A stretch of 64,000 nt of DNA from Dehalococcoidia bacterium (GTDB taxonomy: Bacteria > Chloroflexota > Dehalococcoidia > Plut-88900), in the NCBI GenBank assembly GCA_965249275.1, contig CBDFLQ010000007.1:64001-128000 (forward strand), read 5' to 3'. A model generated the notes under the pieces. That model made no database searches and had not been told where the DNA came from. It worked only from the letters and a program-made list of their open reading frames with translations. The position numbers were made by a program, and so were the translations under genes. Shown here in pieces: positions 1 through 9,422 of this stretch (position 1 is the first letter of the stretch; each line of letters begins with the position of its first letter).

Positions 1-185
1 AGCGAGGAGCGCCTGAATCCCGTGTCGGAAACGGCAAAACCCTCCGTCTCCAGCCATTCCTTGAGCAGCGCTATCTGGGTGGACCGCCCGACACCGTCGG
101 TTCCTTCGATTACGATGAGGCGGCCCGGCAGCGGTTTCTCCCCCAGCTTGAGGGGTGTGTGACCATAGAACGTTGGAATCTTCAT
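1..185 (-). CDS. thymidylate-kinase-like P-loop protein, copy 2 (runs off window edge)
   Basis: Manual translation from ATG 185: MKIPTFYGHTPLKLGEKPLPGRLIVIEGTDGVGRSTQIALLKEWLE...; TMK-type P-loop with K->R. Confidence 0.85.
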   Translation of the reverse strand, partial: MKIPTFYGHTPLKLGEKPLPGRLIVIEGTDGVGRSTQIALLKEWLETEGFAVSDTGFRRSS

Positions 186-234
186 CAGCGTATCCTCGTA
201 GCGTTCTGATCGCGCAGGTGGATTTGGCGGGAGG

Positions 235-1059
235 CTAGCCCTCGGTAAGAATGGGATCGGTCAGACGCTGGTATCCAGTGGGCGGCAAGTAGCGGCCTGT
301 TAACCCGGTGCTGGACAGGGCGTCAGGTACGCTGTGGCTGTCGAATTGCATGATTCCCGGGAGCAGGGGCTCGACGTACTTTCTGACCTTTTGCTGCTGC
401 GCGGCTATTGTCTGAGTGGCGTCTATGGTTACTAGGCCGTACTCATCCGTGAGCCTGCCGTATTCCTCCAGGAGACGGCCCTGGAACTTGCGGAAAGACT
501 CCTCTCGGCTGGAGGAGAGCCCCAAGTCCTGCCCCGACTCATAGAAGCCAAGCTGGTCGCGGCCTGTGACTATCCGGCGGATCGATTCCTCCAGGGGGAC
601 CTTGAAATAGAATGCCAGGGAGGGTCGGATGGCGAAGGAATAGACGCGGCGCAGCCAGTCTCCGTTGACCCCGCGGGCTGTGTCCCTGGCAAGGGCGGTG
701 TAGACATAACGGTCAGCCAGAACTATGGTGCCCGACTTCAGGGCGGGTATAACCTGCGTGTAGACGCGGTTGGCGAAGTCAGCGGCGTGGATCAAGCTGA
801 AGGACATGGGAGTCAGCATTCTCTCCTGCTTGCCCCGTTTGGTAGTCCGCTTGACGATTGGTGAGGAGTTCCACTCCGTGAAAATAGTGACGTAACCAAG
901 CCGCTTCAGCCATTTGCCCAGCAGATCAATCTGGGTGCTCTTGCCGGAGCCGTCTATGCCCTCGACGATGATCAGGCGGCCAGGGTACTTGCCATCTTGT
1001 GGATGATTCCCGTACCTCTGGCCCATTTGGAAGTTCGCGCTCAGGTCGTTATCCGTCAT
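235..1059 (-). CDS. thymidylate-kinase-like P-loop protein, copy 1
   Basis: GRLIIVEGIDGSGKSTQ P-loop and LADRY motif; start placed at ATG 1059, just after the ppx stop. Confidence 0.85.
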   Translation of the reverse strand: MTDNDLSANFQMGQRYGNHPQDGKYPGRLIIVEGIDGSGKSTQIDLLGKWLKRLGYVTIFTEWNSSPIVKRTTKRGKQERMLTPMSFSLIHAADFANRVYTQVIPALKSGTIVLADRYVYTALARDTARGVNGDWLRRVYSFAIRPSLAFYFKVPLEESIRRIVTGRDQLGFYESGQDLGLSSSREESFRKFQGRLLEEYGRLTDEYGLVTIDATQTIAAQQQKVRKYVEPLLPGIMQFDSHSVPDALSSTGLTGRYLPPTGYQRLTDPILTEG

Positions 1060-1061
1060 CT

Positions 1062-2684
1062 CTACCCTCGTACGATGTGCAAAGGTTGGTTGAACTCTGC
1101 ATTCCAGCGTTCCTGAAGATGGGGGGCCGAGGCCCGGGCCCATGCCGGAGTTACTATGGTGGCTACTTCCTCCCCGGAAGCATTCGTAGCCCCGCTTTTC
1201 TCCGGCGAGATGGTAACACATTCCGGCGAAACATCAGGCGGCAAACGGCGCTCGATTTCGTCGGTAACCAGCAGGATGGCAGCTGCCTGTCCTACGAACC
1301 GCTTGTCAGTGGGTGTCAACGCATCCGAACGTAGGAAGGGCTCTATAAGAATCTTGTCCTCGGCAGCCAAGAGAATTGCGGCTATCTGGGCGCACTCCCT
1401 GTGGGTAAACCCTGGCAAATCGGACCGGGTGACCAGGGCGGCCGCCCTGTCGTAGCGGTTGTAGAAATCAATTGAGCTGCCTACGTCCAGAAGAAGGGCA
1501 GCGCACCTGAGAGACGAGGTTAGACGGCGGTGGCGGCCCTGCCATACGGCCTCTGCGATACGGCCACTGATGTTGGCCCTCCGTGCCCCGCGCCGGGAGA
1601 ACCGAGGAGCGAAGCGCTGGGTCAGGTCGCGTAGGCCCTCGGATCGGATCTTGGAGCGTTTCGGCAGAGAGATAGTCTTGCCCGTTGGTATAGGGCTTGG
1701 ATGCCGAGCCAGACCCTCCCGCAACCCCTGCCCCGATACGACTATCCCCTTGGCTCCCGTGTGGGATATAAGAGTTTGTGCTATCAACGCACCCCCAACT
1801 ATGGAGTGGGTCCGCCTGCGGTTCATGCCGGGTATGAGGGCCCTTTCCTCCCTGGTTGAAGAGGTCATCATATCCATGAGAATTGCGAGTCCGTCGGGGC
1901 TTATGTAGTAGCCGTGCATTTTGGGTACGGGATGGGCAGTCCGGCGGCGGTCCAGCTTGGCTAGGAGCCGCATCGAGCCCCCGGACCCGACCAGCGCTCC
2001 ACCCTTGGGGAGAGGCGGGATTTTGGCCTCGGAGAAAAGGTCTGCGGCGTGTCGGGCGGCCGCTGCGAGGTCATTCGGTGAGGGTTTGTCCGTCAGCCGG
2101 AACAGGTTGGCGAAACGCAAGCTCCCGAGCCGCAGGGAGTCTAGAGTCTTCAGAGAACGACGGGCGAACTGCACTATCTCGGTGCTGCCGCCTCCCAGGT
2201 CCGCGAGGAGACCCCGGGCCACGGGCAGCCCGTGAATGGCACCGATGAAGCAGTAAGCGGCCTCCTCATATCCCTCGATTATCCGAAATGCGACGCCGTG
2301 CTTTTTGGTCGCGGCCTCAGTCACCTGGGAGGAGTTGAGGGATTCCCGCAAGGCCGCAGTTCCCACGCCGTGGACTTCCTTGATGCCGTATCCCGAGCAG
2401 ACTTGGGCAAAGTCCTCGATGGCGTCTATTACCCCTGCGACACCTTCTGAGTCCAGAGTCCCGTCGGCGTCGACGTGAGACATCAGGTTTAGGTTCAGTA
2501 CCTGCTGGGCTATTGGTTCTATGCCCCCGCCGGGATTCAGGCGAATTATCTCGGCCCTGGCCGAGCCGGACCCTATGTCGATAACTGCGGTCAGGGAGTC
2601 GTTGGATAAAGGAGTCGGGCCATGCGCCTCGGGGTAGAGGTCATGACGCGGCCGAGTTTGGAAGGATCGGAGTTCAGGAACCAA
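1062..2684 (-). CDS. ppx: Ppx/GppA family exopolyphosphatase
   Basis: AVIDIGSGS, GTAALRES, EEA, DLGGGSTE and GLREG ASKHA motifs; degenerate C-terminal HD-like region; start uncertain. Confidence 0.9.
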   Translation of the reverse strand: MVPELRSFQTRPRHDLYPEAHGPTPLSNDSLTAVIDIGSGSARAEIIRLNPGGGIEPIAQQVLNLNLMSHVDADGTLDSEGVAGVIDAIEDFAQVCSGYGIKEVHGVGTAALRESLNSSQVTEAATKKHGVAFRIIEGYEEAAYCFIGAIHGLPVARGLLADLGGGSTEIVQFARRSLKTLDSLRLGSLRFANLFRLTDKPSPNDLAAAARHAADLFSEAKIPPLPKGGALVGSGGSMRLLAKLDRRRTAHPVPKMHGYYISPDGLAILMDMMTSSTREERALIPGMNRRRTHSIVGGALIAQTLISHTGAKGIVVSGQGLREGLARHPSPIPTGKTISLPKRSKIRSEGLRDLTQRFAPRFSRRGARRANISGRIAEAVWQGRHRRLTSSLRCAALLLDVGSSIDFYNRYDRAAALVTRSDLPGFTHRECAQIAAILLAAEDKILIEPFLRSDALTPTDKRFVGQAAAILLVTDEIERRLPPDVSPECVTISPEKSGATNASGEEVATIVTPAWARASAPHLQERWNAEFNQPLHIVRG

Positions 2685-2955
2685 GACGCTGCAGTTTTCT
2701 CAGAAGGCTTGTTCCTTGTCAAACACAGAATGGCGGGCATGCGAGCAGTGCTCAGGTAAAGGCGCGGGTTTCAGTTCCGATGATAATACAGGCCTTCAAA
2801 GGGGCGCAACGTGTCGCGGGACATCCCCCTGCTCCCGAAATCATCGTCTTGCCCTTTATCGTTGTACACCTAGCGGTCGATGTCATTCATCTACGCTAAT
2901 TCAGTACAATGCCCATAAATGTATTAGTTCAAACATGGCATAGGCATATGACTCT

Positions 2956-5900
2956 TTGACTCATTCATACAATCTCCGAATCGGAGTGACCCTGGCCGTA
3001 CTCGTCATTGCAGCGAGTGTTTTCCTGGGATGGTCGGCACTATCCCTGCCTGCGTTGGCGAACGGGAATGATTGGGGGATGGTTGAAGTAAGTGAAGTCA
3101 CAAAGACTCGGGCCAAGGTGACGGTCACCTTCGTCGACGAAACCGCAAGCGGCCATGCGTATTGGCGCTTCCGCACGACCATGCCCGAGGGACAATGGCT
3201 CGGACTTGACGGGGTCTCGGTCATCGGCGGTATCTCCGTATTCGATATTGCTATGCTGAGCCCCGGGACCGATTATGAGTTACAAGTGTCTCTCGACGGG
3301 GATTTTTTGCAGACTGACATCCTATCTAAGAAATTTACAACCCTTCCCCCCGACCCATCCGTCTCTGAAGTGATTGTTGAAGATATCACCCTGACGGAGG
3401 GAACCGTCCTCGTAACCATTGCCAACCCAGGTACTTCGTCCAAGACGGTCTACGTCCGCTACCGCACCGACGACACCCAACCCTGGAGCAATCCGCCAAT
3501 CACCATAACCACCGTGACGGGTACGGCGATGAAAAAGCTGTCCGGCCTATCTCCCGGTACCCGGTATGAAGTAGAGGCCTCCTTGGGTGACGGTTTCCTG
3601 CCCACCGAGACTGAATCCACGACTTTCACCACCCTTCTCCCAAGGGTCTCAAGTGTGAGGCTAGAAAATGTCACCACTTCCGAGGCAATGGTCAATGTGA
3701 CCATCGCCGAACCGTGGCCTGGTGAAAATAGGGTCCACTTGCGTTACAGCATCGCGCCTTCAACACAAGCATCCTGGATTAAGCCTGCTCCAAAGTCGGT
3801 GGTTGGAGATACCGAAACGTTTGATCTGACGAGTTTAGCCCCAGCCACCGAATACGAAGTGGAAGCATCCCTGGATGGCGAGTTCATGACGGGGGTCGAG
3901 TCCGCCACCTTCACTACGGCGGCTTCCCCGAGCATCGGATCGGTGAACATGGCCGGCGTCGAGCAGAATTCAGCAAGCGCCATTGTCAGCATATTCGACT
4001 CGGATGGGACTGCCGTGACGATCAACCTGCGCTACCGCGAGACATCCAGTGGAGATTGGAATGCGGCCCAACCGAAGACGTCTACGACTGATACTATGGA
4101 CTTCACATTGTCGGGCCTGACGCCGGACACGGAATACGAGGTGGAAGTGTCGCTCGACAACGGCTTCTCTCTAAGTCAGTTCACCTTTTTCATTACCGAA
4201 TCAATGACATCCAGGCCACCCTCCCCAGTGGTTCGAATCTCCGGTCTCTTCGCAGAAGATATAACGCCTGGCTCGGTGACCGTGATTGTAATGATCGCCG
4301 GCCCGGAAAACCGAGTAACAGTGAATTTGCGGTATAGGGTCGAAGGCACGAATACGTGGAGCCGTATACTCCGCCGAACCACCGCTACGTCGACCGCTCA
4401 ATTCGAACTTGGAGGACTGACAACCGCTACGAACTACGAAATAGAAGCGTCCCTAGATCCCAACTTTCCGATCCAAGATTCCGCGTACGATATCTTCACA
4501 ACTGCAGCAGTTCGGGTCTCGGGGGTCAGGCTGGAAGACATAACCGACACAGAGGCGACCGCGATTGCAGAGATTGAAGATCCCCAAGGCCGGACTACGG
4601 TCTTCGTGCGCTACATAGCCTTGGGAACGGGGGCTTGGAGCGAACCCCAAAGCCGAATTACTAGCTCCAGTACGGTGCGTCTTTTCCTAGCGGACCTCCT
4701 GCCGGATACTCAATACGAGGTGGAGGCCTCTTCAGAGGAGAGCTTCCCCGGTGATAACTCGGCACTCGAGACATTTATCACCGAGCCCGCGCCCAGGGTC
4801 TCTGAGGCAAATGTGGAGGGCATCACCAATGTGTCCGCCACATTTGCAGTGGACATTGACAGCCCACAGGCTCAGATGAAGGTATATCTGCGGTTCCGTA
4901 TCGAGGGTACAGGGACCTGGAGTACGACCAGAACCCGTACTACCTCCATACCCAGCGCGCGGTTTTCCCTAGCGGACCTGAAGTCTGATACCGGATATGA
5001 AGTCGAGACATCCCTTGACAAGGACTTCCCCGCGGGCAGCACTGTATCTGTGGTCTTTTCTACGCAACCGAATCCCAAAGTCTCGGACGTGACAGTCGAG
5101 GACATAACGGAAAAGAGCGGGACTGCAATTGTGAAGATTGACGGGCCACAACCCCGGACAACGGTCTATCTTCGCCATCGCTCCCAGGGAGACTCAGCTT
5201 GGAACGTGCCTCAAACCCGAACAACCTCTTTGGACACTGCGCGATTTACTTTGTCGGGACTGATGCCGGACACCGGGTACAACGTAGAGATCTCACTGAA
5301 TCACGACTTCGATGAGCTCATTTCTGAGACCTTTCTCACGGCTGCAAAAAGGCCGAAGCCAACCTCCGTAACAGGAGGGCCCATTACACAGACCACGGCC
5401 GCTATCATTGTGCATATAGACGACCCTCAAGGCAGTTTGACAATCCATCTACGTATCCGAATTTGGGGCTCAAATACTTGGAACAATCCTGAAACCCTCG
5501 TAACGTCGGCCTCCGCCGCTCCCTTCGACCTGAAACGCCTTACAGGAGGCACAACCTACGAAGTCGAGGTGTCCCTTGAATCAGCCTTCCCTCCTGCGGA
5601 TACGGTTTCGGCCATCTTCACGACCACCCCTGCGACTAAGGTGTCGGGGGTGAATGTCGGAAGTGTTGCTGCAATAGAAGCCACCGTCACGGTCACAATT
5701 TCCCACTCTGAAGGGAATATCCGGACGGTCTATATGCGCTACCGCGGGCTGCCTGAGGGGGACTGGAGTGCAAGCCAAACGGAAACGGATGCGTCAACAA
5801 TGGATGCCCTTCTACCGGGCTTGATTCCCGATATGGAATACGAGGTACAGGCCTCGTTGTATGAGACTTTTCCGACTACCGACACCCAAGTACAGAGGTT

Positions 5901-6366
5901 CAATACTCTTTCCGCACAGCCCATGGAGATGCCAACCCCCGTGCCCGCAGCAACACCCACTCCTACACCTACACCCGTACCCACATCAACACCCGAACCC
6001 ATATTTACCCCCGAACCAACTCCCACATCCACACCCACAGTTGAGCCTACCATGACCCCCACCCCTCCACCCCCTCCGTCACCCACGCCCCTACCGTCTC
6101 TCACCCCTACTCCCATGGCAACTCCCAGCTATACGCCCACCCCGACCAGTGAGCCCAAACCCGCCGAGATACCTGCTCCCATGCCTACCACAATCCTAAC
6201 TGCGCCTGCACTATTATCACCCACCCCTGCACCCACCTCGACATCTCAGGCGGAGGAAGAAGAGACCGGGACAGACTTAGCCCTCGTGATCACCATAGTC
6301 ACATTGGTCATTGCCTTTACTATGGTGATCGGCTTCTTCGTATACCGCCGGAGAACGGTGAGTTAG
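2956..6366 (+). CDS. surface protein with 10 fibronectin type III repeats, Pro/Thr linker and C-terminal TM anchor
   Basis: Signal peptide; ten roughly 95-aa units with L-x-P-x-T-x-Y-E-V-x-x-S; PT-rich stalk; TM helix followed by RRR. Confidence 0.9.
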   Translation: MTHSYNLRIGVTLAVLVIAASVFLGWSALSLPALANGNDWGMVEVSEVTKTRAKVTVTFVDETASGHAYWRFRTTMPEGQWLGLDGVSVIGGISVFDIAMLSPGTDYELQVSLDGDFLQTDILSKKFTTLPPDPSVSEVIVEDITLTEGTVLVTIANPGTSSKTVYVRYRTDDTQPWSNPPITITTVTGTAMKKLSGLSPGTRYEVEASLGDGFLPTETESTTFTTLLPRVSSVRLENVTTSEAMVNVTIAEPWPGENRVHLRYSIAPSTQASWIKPAPKSVVGDTETFDLTSLAPATEYEVEASLDGEFMTGVESATFTTAASPSIGSVNMAGVEQNSASAIVSIFDSDGTAVTINLRYRETSSGDWNAAQPKTSTTDTMDFTLSGLTPDTEYEVEVSLDNGFSLSQFTFFITESMTSRPPSPVVRISGLFAEDITPGSVTVIVMIAGPENRVTVNLRYRVEGTNTWSRILRRTTATSTAQFELGGLTTATNYEIEASLDPNFPIQDSAYDIFTTAAVRVSGVRLEDITDTEATAIAEIEDPQGRTTVFVRYIALGTGAWSEPQSRITSSSTVRLFLADLLPDTQYEVEASSEESFPGDNSALETFITEPAPRVSEANVEGITNVSATFAVDIDSPQAQMKVYLRFRIEGTGTWSTTRTRTTSIPSARFSLADLKSDTGYEVETSLDKDFPAGSTVSVVFSTQPNPKVSDVTVEDITEKSGTAIVKIDGPQPRTTVYLRHRSQGDSAWNVPQTRTTSLDTARFTLSGLMPDTGYNVEISLNHDFDELISETFLTAAKRPKPTSVTGGPITQTTAAIIVHIDDPQGSLTIHLRIRIWGSNTWNNPETLVTSASAAPFDLKRLTGGTTYEVEVSLESAFPPADTVSAIFTTTPATKVSGVNVGSVAAIEATVTVTISHSEGNIRTVYMRYRGLPEGDWSASQTETDASTMDALLPGLIPDMEYEVQASLYETFPTTDTQVQRFNTLSAQPMEMPTPVPAATPTPTPTPVPTSTPEPIFTPEPTPTSTPTVEPTMTPTPPPPPSPTPLPSLTPTPMATPSYTPTPTSEPKPAEIPAPMPTTILTAPALLSPTPAPTSTSQAEEEETGTDLALVITIVTLVIAFTMVIGFFVYRRRTVS

Positions 6367-6429
6367 GGGTAAATCGTAGGCGTGAGTGTATAATGTGACC
6401 ACAAGAGTCCTTGTGGTCGGGAGGCTGCA

Positions 6430-6705
6430 ATGCCGAGGATACAACTGATACTCTCGGACGAAGAGCGAGAGTTGTTTAAGGCCCAAGCACATCGAGAGGG
6501 CAAATCCCTTGATGAATGGCTGAAGGTTGCCGCTCTCCAGCGTCTGGGGTGGGCACCCCCTGTAGCCAAGTCTGGCAAAATTGAAGACCTTGATGCGTTC
6601 TTCCGTAAGTGCGATGCGATTCCAGGACCCGAGCGTGAGCCCGACTGGGAAGAGTACAAGAAGCTGATTAATGAGGTGCGCCCGTCAGTAGCGGATGCCT
6701 CGTGA
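6430..6705 (+). CDS. antitoxin (RHH-like, VapB-type)
   Basis: 91 aa with GGAGG RBS and RHH-like N-terminus; overlaps the PIN toxin start (GTGA). Confidence 0.75.
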   Translation: MPRIQLILSDEERELFKAQAHREGKSLDEWLKVAALQRLGWAPPVAKSGKIEDLDAFFRKCDAIPGPEREPDWEEYKKLINEVRPSVADAS

Positions 6706-7085
6706 TTTTCGTCGACACCAACGTCTTCATTTATGCTGTGGGCAGCAGTCATCCGTTGAAGAGTCCGGCGGAGGAGTTTTTCCGTAGTGCTCGGGACAGC
6801 GGCACGTCCCTAGTTACCTCTGCGGAAGTGCTCCAAGAGTTGCTCCACGTCTATCGACGCACTGGTAGACTTCAACAATTGGATGATGCGATGTTACTGG
6901 TCACAAGTGACATCGTACAAGCGTGGCCTTTGGAGTGGGCGGATGTGGACAAAGCCCGACAACTTCACGATAGCCATCCTGAACTGGAGGCCCGAGACCT
7001 CTGCTATCTCGCAAGCTGCCAAAGGCGTGGCATATCGACGATCATGACTTTCGACCAGCCTTTGCTGGCGGCGGCTAGCGCCTAA
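6702..7085 (+). CDS. vapC: VapC/PIN domain toxin
   Basis: MIFVDTNV...EVLQE...RD...TFD acidic PIN residues. Confidence 0.9.
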   Translation: MIFVDTNVFIYAVGSSHPLKSPAEEFFRSARDSGTSLVTSAEVLQELLHVYRRTGRLQQLDDAMLLVTSDIVQAWPLEWADVDKARQLHDSHPELEARDLCYLASCQRRGISTIMTFDQPLLAAASA

Positions 7086-7147
7086 ATATGCTAATCTGCG
7101 TCCAATAGCGCCACCTTGTTCTCCAACGCTCATTAAGGCTAACGCGA

Positions 7148-8263
7148 ATGGACGACGTCGAGACCCTGGCCCGTAAGCTGATCGCAATCGATTCCCAGAG
7201 CCACGTCAGCAACGCACCCCTGGCCGAGTTCGTCTCCGATATTCTCGCCCCCTTCGCTGAGGAAATTGAGCGAATCGAGTACACGGACCCCGGTGGCCGT
7301 CATAAGGTCTCGCTTGTAGCGCGGGTAGGCAAGGGGAGCGGAGGCTTGGCCCTCTCCGGGCACATGGACACGGTGCCAGGTCTGGGCTGGGATGCCGATC
7401 CCTTCGAGGCGAGAGTTGAAGACGGGAGAATGTACGGGCTGGGAGCGGTGGACATGAAGGGTGCTATTGCCGCGACACTCGTGGCCGCCGAGACTTACGC
7501 CCGCCTTAGGACACAGGTGCCGCTGACCCTCATCTACACTACCGACGAGGAAACCGACACCCAAGGCGCTCGCAGCATAGTCGATGAATCGGAAATCCTA
7601 CGGTATGTCGCGCCTCGGTACTGCATAGTAGCCGAGCCTACAAATCTGCAAGTGGTCAACGCTCACAAGGCGGCTATCACATTCAGCGCTACGGCTCGGG
7701 GCAGGGCGGCCCACAGCTCCAGTGGTAAGGGACTGAATGCCAACATAGCCATGATCCCATTCATCCACGAGATGGGCCGACTCTACGCCGAATTGGTGGA
7801 AGACGAGGCCTACTGGGACCCGAGCTTCGAGCCGCCTTTCCCGGACTGGAATATCACCATCGACAACCATGGAACGGCGGCCAACGTTACCGTTCCACTC
7901 AGTACCTGCCGGGTGAACTTCCGCTATACACCCACCCTGGACCCGGGCCCCGTACTGGCCAGGGTGCAGGAGTCGGCGGATAGGGCGGGGCTGGAATTGG
8001 AATCGTGGAGCAGCGGCCCGCCCCTCTATATTGCGCCCGACTCTGAATTGGTCCAGCTGGCACTGGAAATTACCAGCCAGCAGGCTCCAATTTCGGTCCC
8101 GTACCGCACCGACGCCTGCATCCTTAGCGAGGCTGTTCCGTGCATAGTGGTCGGGCCGGGAGACCTGAGGCAGGCCCACACCGTTAACGAATGGGTCAGC
8201 GTGGAGCAGCTTCACCAGAGCGTCGACCTATACTTGAAGTTCATACAGGCCGTCTGCAGTTAG
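7148..8263 (+). CDS. M20 family deacylase (ArgE/DapE-like)
   Basis: GHMDTVP, GAVDMKG, DEE, AEPT, AHSS and AHTVNE motifs. Confidence 0.85.
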   Translation: MDDVETLARKLIAIDSQSHVSNAPLAEFVSDILAPFAEEIERIEYTDPGGRHKVSLVARVGKGSGGLALSGHMDTVPGLGWDADPFEARVEDGRMYGLGAVDMKGAIAATLVAAETYARLRTQVPLTLIYTTDEETDTQGARSIVDESEILRYVAPRYCIVAEPTNLQVVNAHKAAITFSATARGRAAHSSSGKGLNANIAMIPFIHEMGRLYAELVEDEAYWDPSFEPPFPDWNITIDNHGTAANVTVPLSTCRVNFRYTPTLDPGPVLARVQESADRAGLELESWSSGPPLYIAPDSELVQLALEITSQQAPISVPYRTDACILSEAVPCIVVGPGDLRQAHTVNEWVSVEQLHQSVDLYLKFIQAVCS

Positions 8264-8292
8264 TCCAGGCCTGAGACTTAAGGAGGCCCACA

Positions 8293-9396
8293 GTGTGCGC
8301 GATGCGATACCCGACCTGGGAAGAGTTCATGGGCGATTGGGAGGAGTTCATCAAGGGCAGTTTCGGGGACAGGCCTATGTTCCCCACCCTCGCCCCCGAG
8401 ACTCCCACCTTCATGGGCCTGCCAGAGGCCAAGACGCCGGAAGACCTGAAGGGCGTTGACGCGGCGATAATCGGCGCGCCCTACGTGGCCACAACCCACG
8501 AGACCTATGCGGGAGTTGACCGAAACGAGTGGCTTTCGGCGCCGAAGAGGGTCAGGCAGCAGTCGGCGCGCTACCAGTCGGGGTACATTCAGGAGTTCCG
8601 GATGGACGTTTTTGATCACCTGAAGGTCGTCGACTACGGTGACGCTCCCATACCAGCCGAGGTTATGAGAGACCAGTCCCCCGAAAACATACTGAAGGCC
8701 CAGGCCGCCGTAGAGATGAAGGTAGGACAGGTGCTGGATGCCGGGGCCATTCCGGTGGTTATCGGGCAGAACTCTCCGTGCGGGTCCTATGCCATCGCAA
8801 AGCCGATAGCCGAGCGTACCGACGGCTCCGTGGGCTGTGTCAGCCTAGACACACACTGGGACATCCAACCGATAGACTTCCTGTCCCAGGACCCGAGAAT
8901 CGCCGGCTCGGCGAGCTGGAAGCACAAGATGTACGAGTTTCACGAAAACATGCACCCCCAGCACCTGGTCGAGATTGGGGAACGGGGGATGCTGGAGAGA
9001 AAGGACCTGGTCGAATCGTATACCGACCGTGGGGCGCGGTTTATCTCCTCATGGGAGGTGCGGGACGAGCTCGGCATGAAGGGCGTTGCCCACGAACTGG
9101 ATCGGGCTTACAACGGCACGAAAGCCGTGTACGTCCACTTCGACATGGATGTGATGGGCGGGGCTGGCCCAGCGCCCGGAGACATCCTCGGCGAGGCAGT
9201 GGAGCCCATAGGCCTATCCGACTTCGAGATTATCAAGATAGCCCATGAGGTGGGGAAGCGGGGGGTGTCGGGATTCTCTTTCATCTGCATCCCGCCCGGG
9301 TCGGCAGTGGTCTATCGGGTGATTGTCTACGTCATCATGTACATGCTCGCCGGGGTAGCGATGGCCAAGAGGGACGGGACTTACCTACTTAAGTAA
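8293..9396 (+). CDS. arginase/agmatinase (ureohydrolase) family protein, divergent
   Basis: TFMGLP, IIGAPY, DYGD, DTHWD and HFDMDV motifs; AGGAGG RBS before GTG 8293. Confidence 0.85.
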   Translation: MCAMRYPTWEEFMGDWEEFIKGSFGDRPMFPTLAPETPTFMGLPEAKTPEDLKGVDAAIIGAPYVATTHETYAGVDRNEWLSAPKRVRQQSARYQSGYIQEFRMDVFDHLKVVDYGDAPIPAEVMRDQSPENILKAQAAVEMKVGQVLDAGAIPVVIGQNSPCGSYAIAKPIAERTDGSVGCVSLDTHWDIQPIDFLSQDPRIAGSASWKHKMYEFHENMHPQHLVEIGERGMLERKDLVESYTDRGARFISSWEVRDELGMKGVAHELDRAYNGTKAVYVHFDMDVMGGAGPAPGDILGEAVEPIGLSDFEIIKIAHEVGKRGVSGFSFICIPPGSAVVYRVIVYVIMYMLAGVAMAKRDGTYLLK

Positions 9397-9422
9397 GATT
9401 TAAAAAAGCCGCGCCCGGTCTC

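Noticed and set aside
1060-1221. N-terminal 54-aa extension of the TMK-like ORF
   Set aside because: Overlaps the ppx 3' end; ATG 1059 just after the ppx stop is more plausible.
5929-6240. C/A-rich quasi-repeat as CRISPR or VNTR
   Set aside because: It encodes the Pro/Thr linker; no constant repeat-spacer structure. No CRISPR array was seen in the window.
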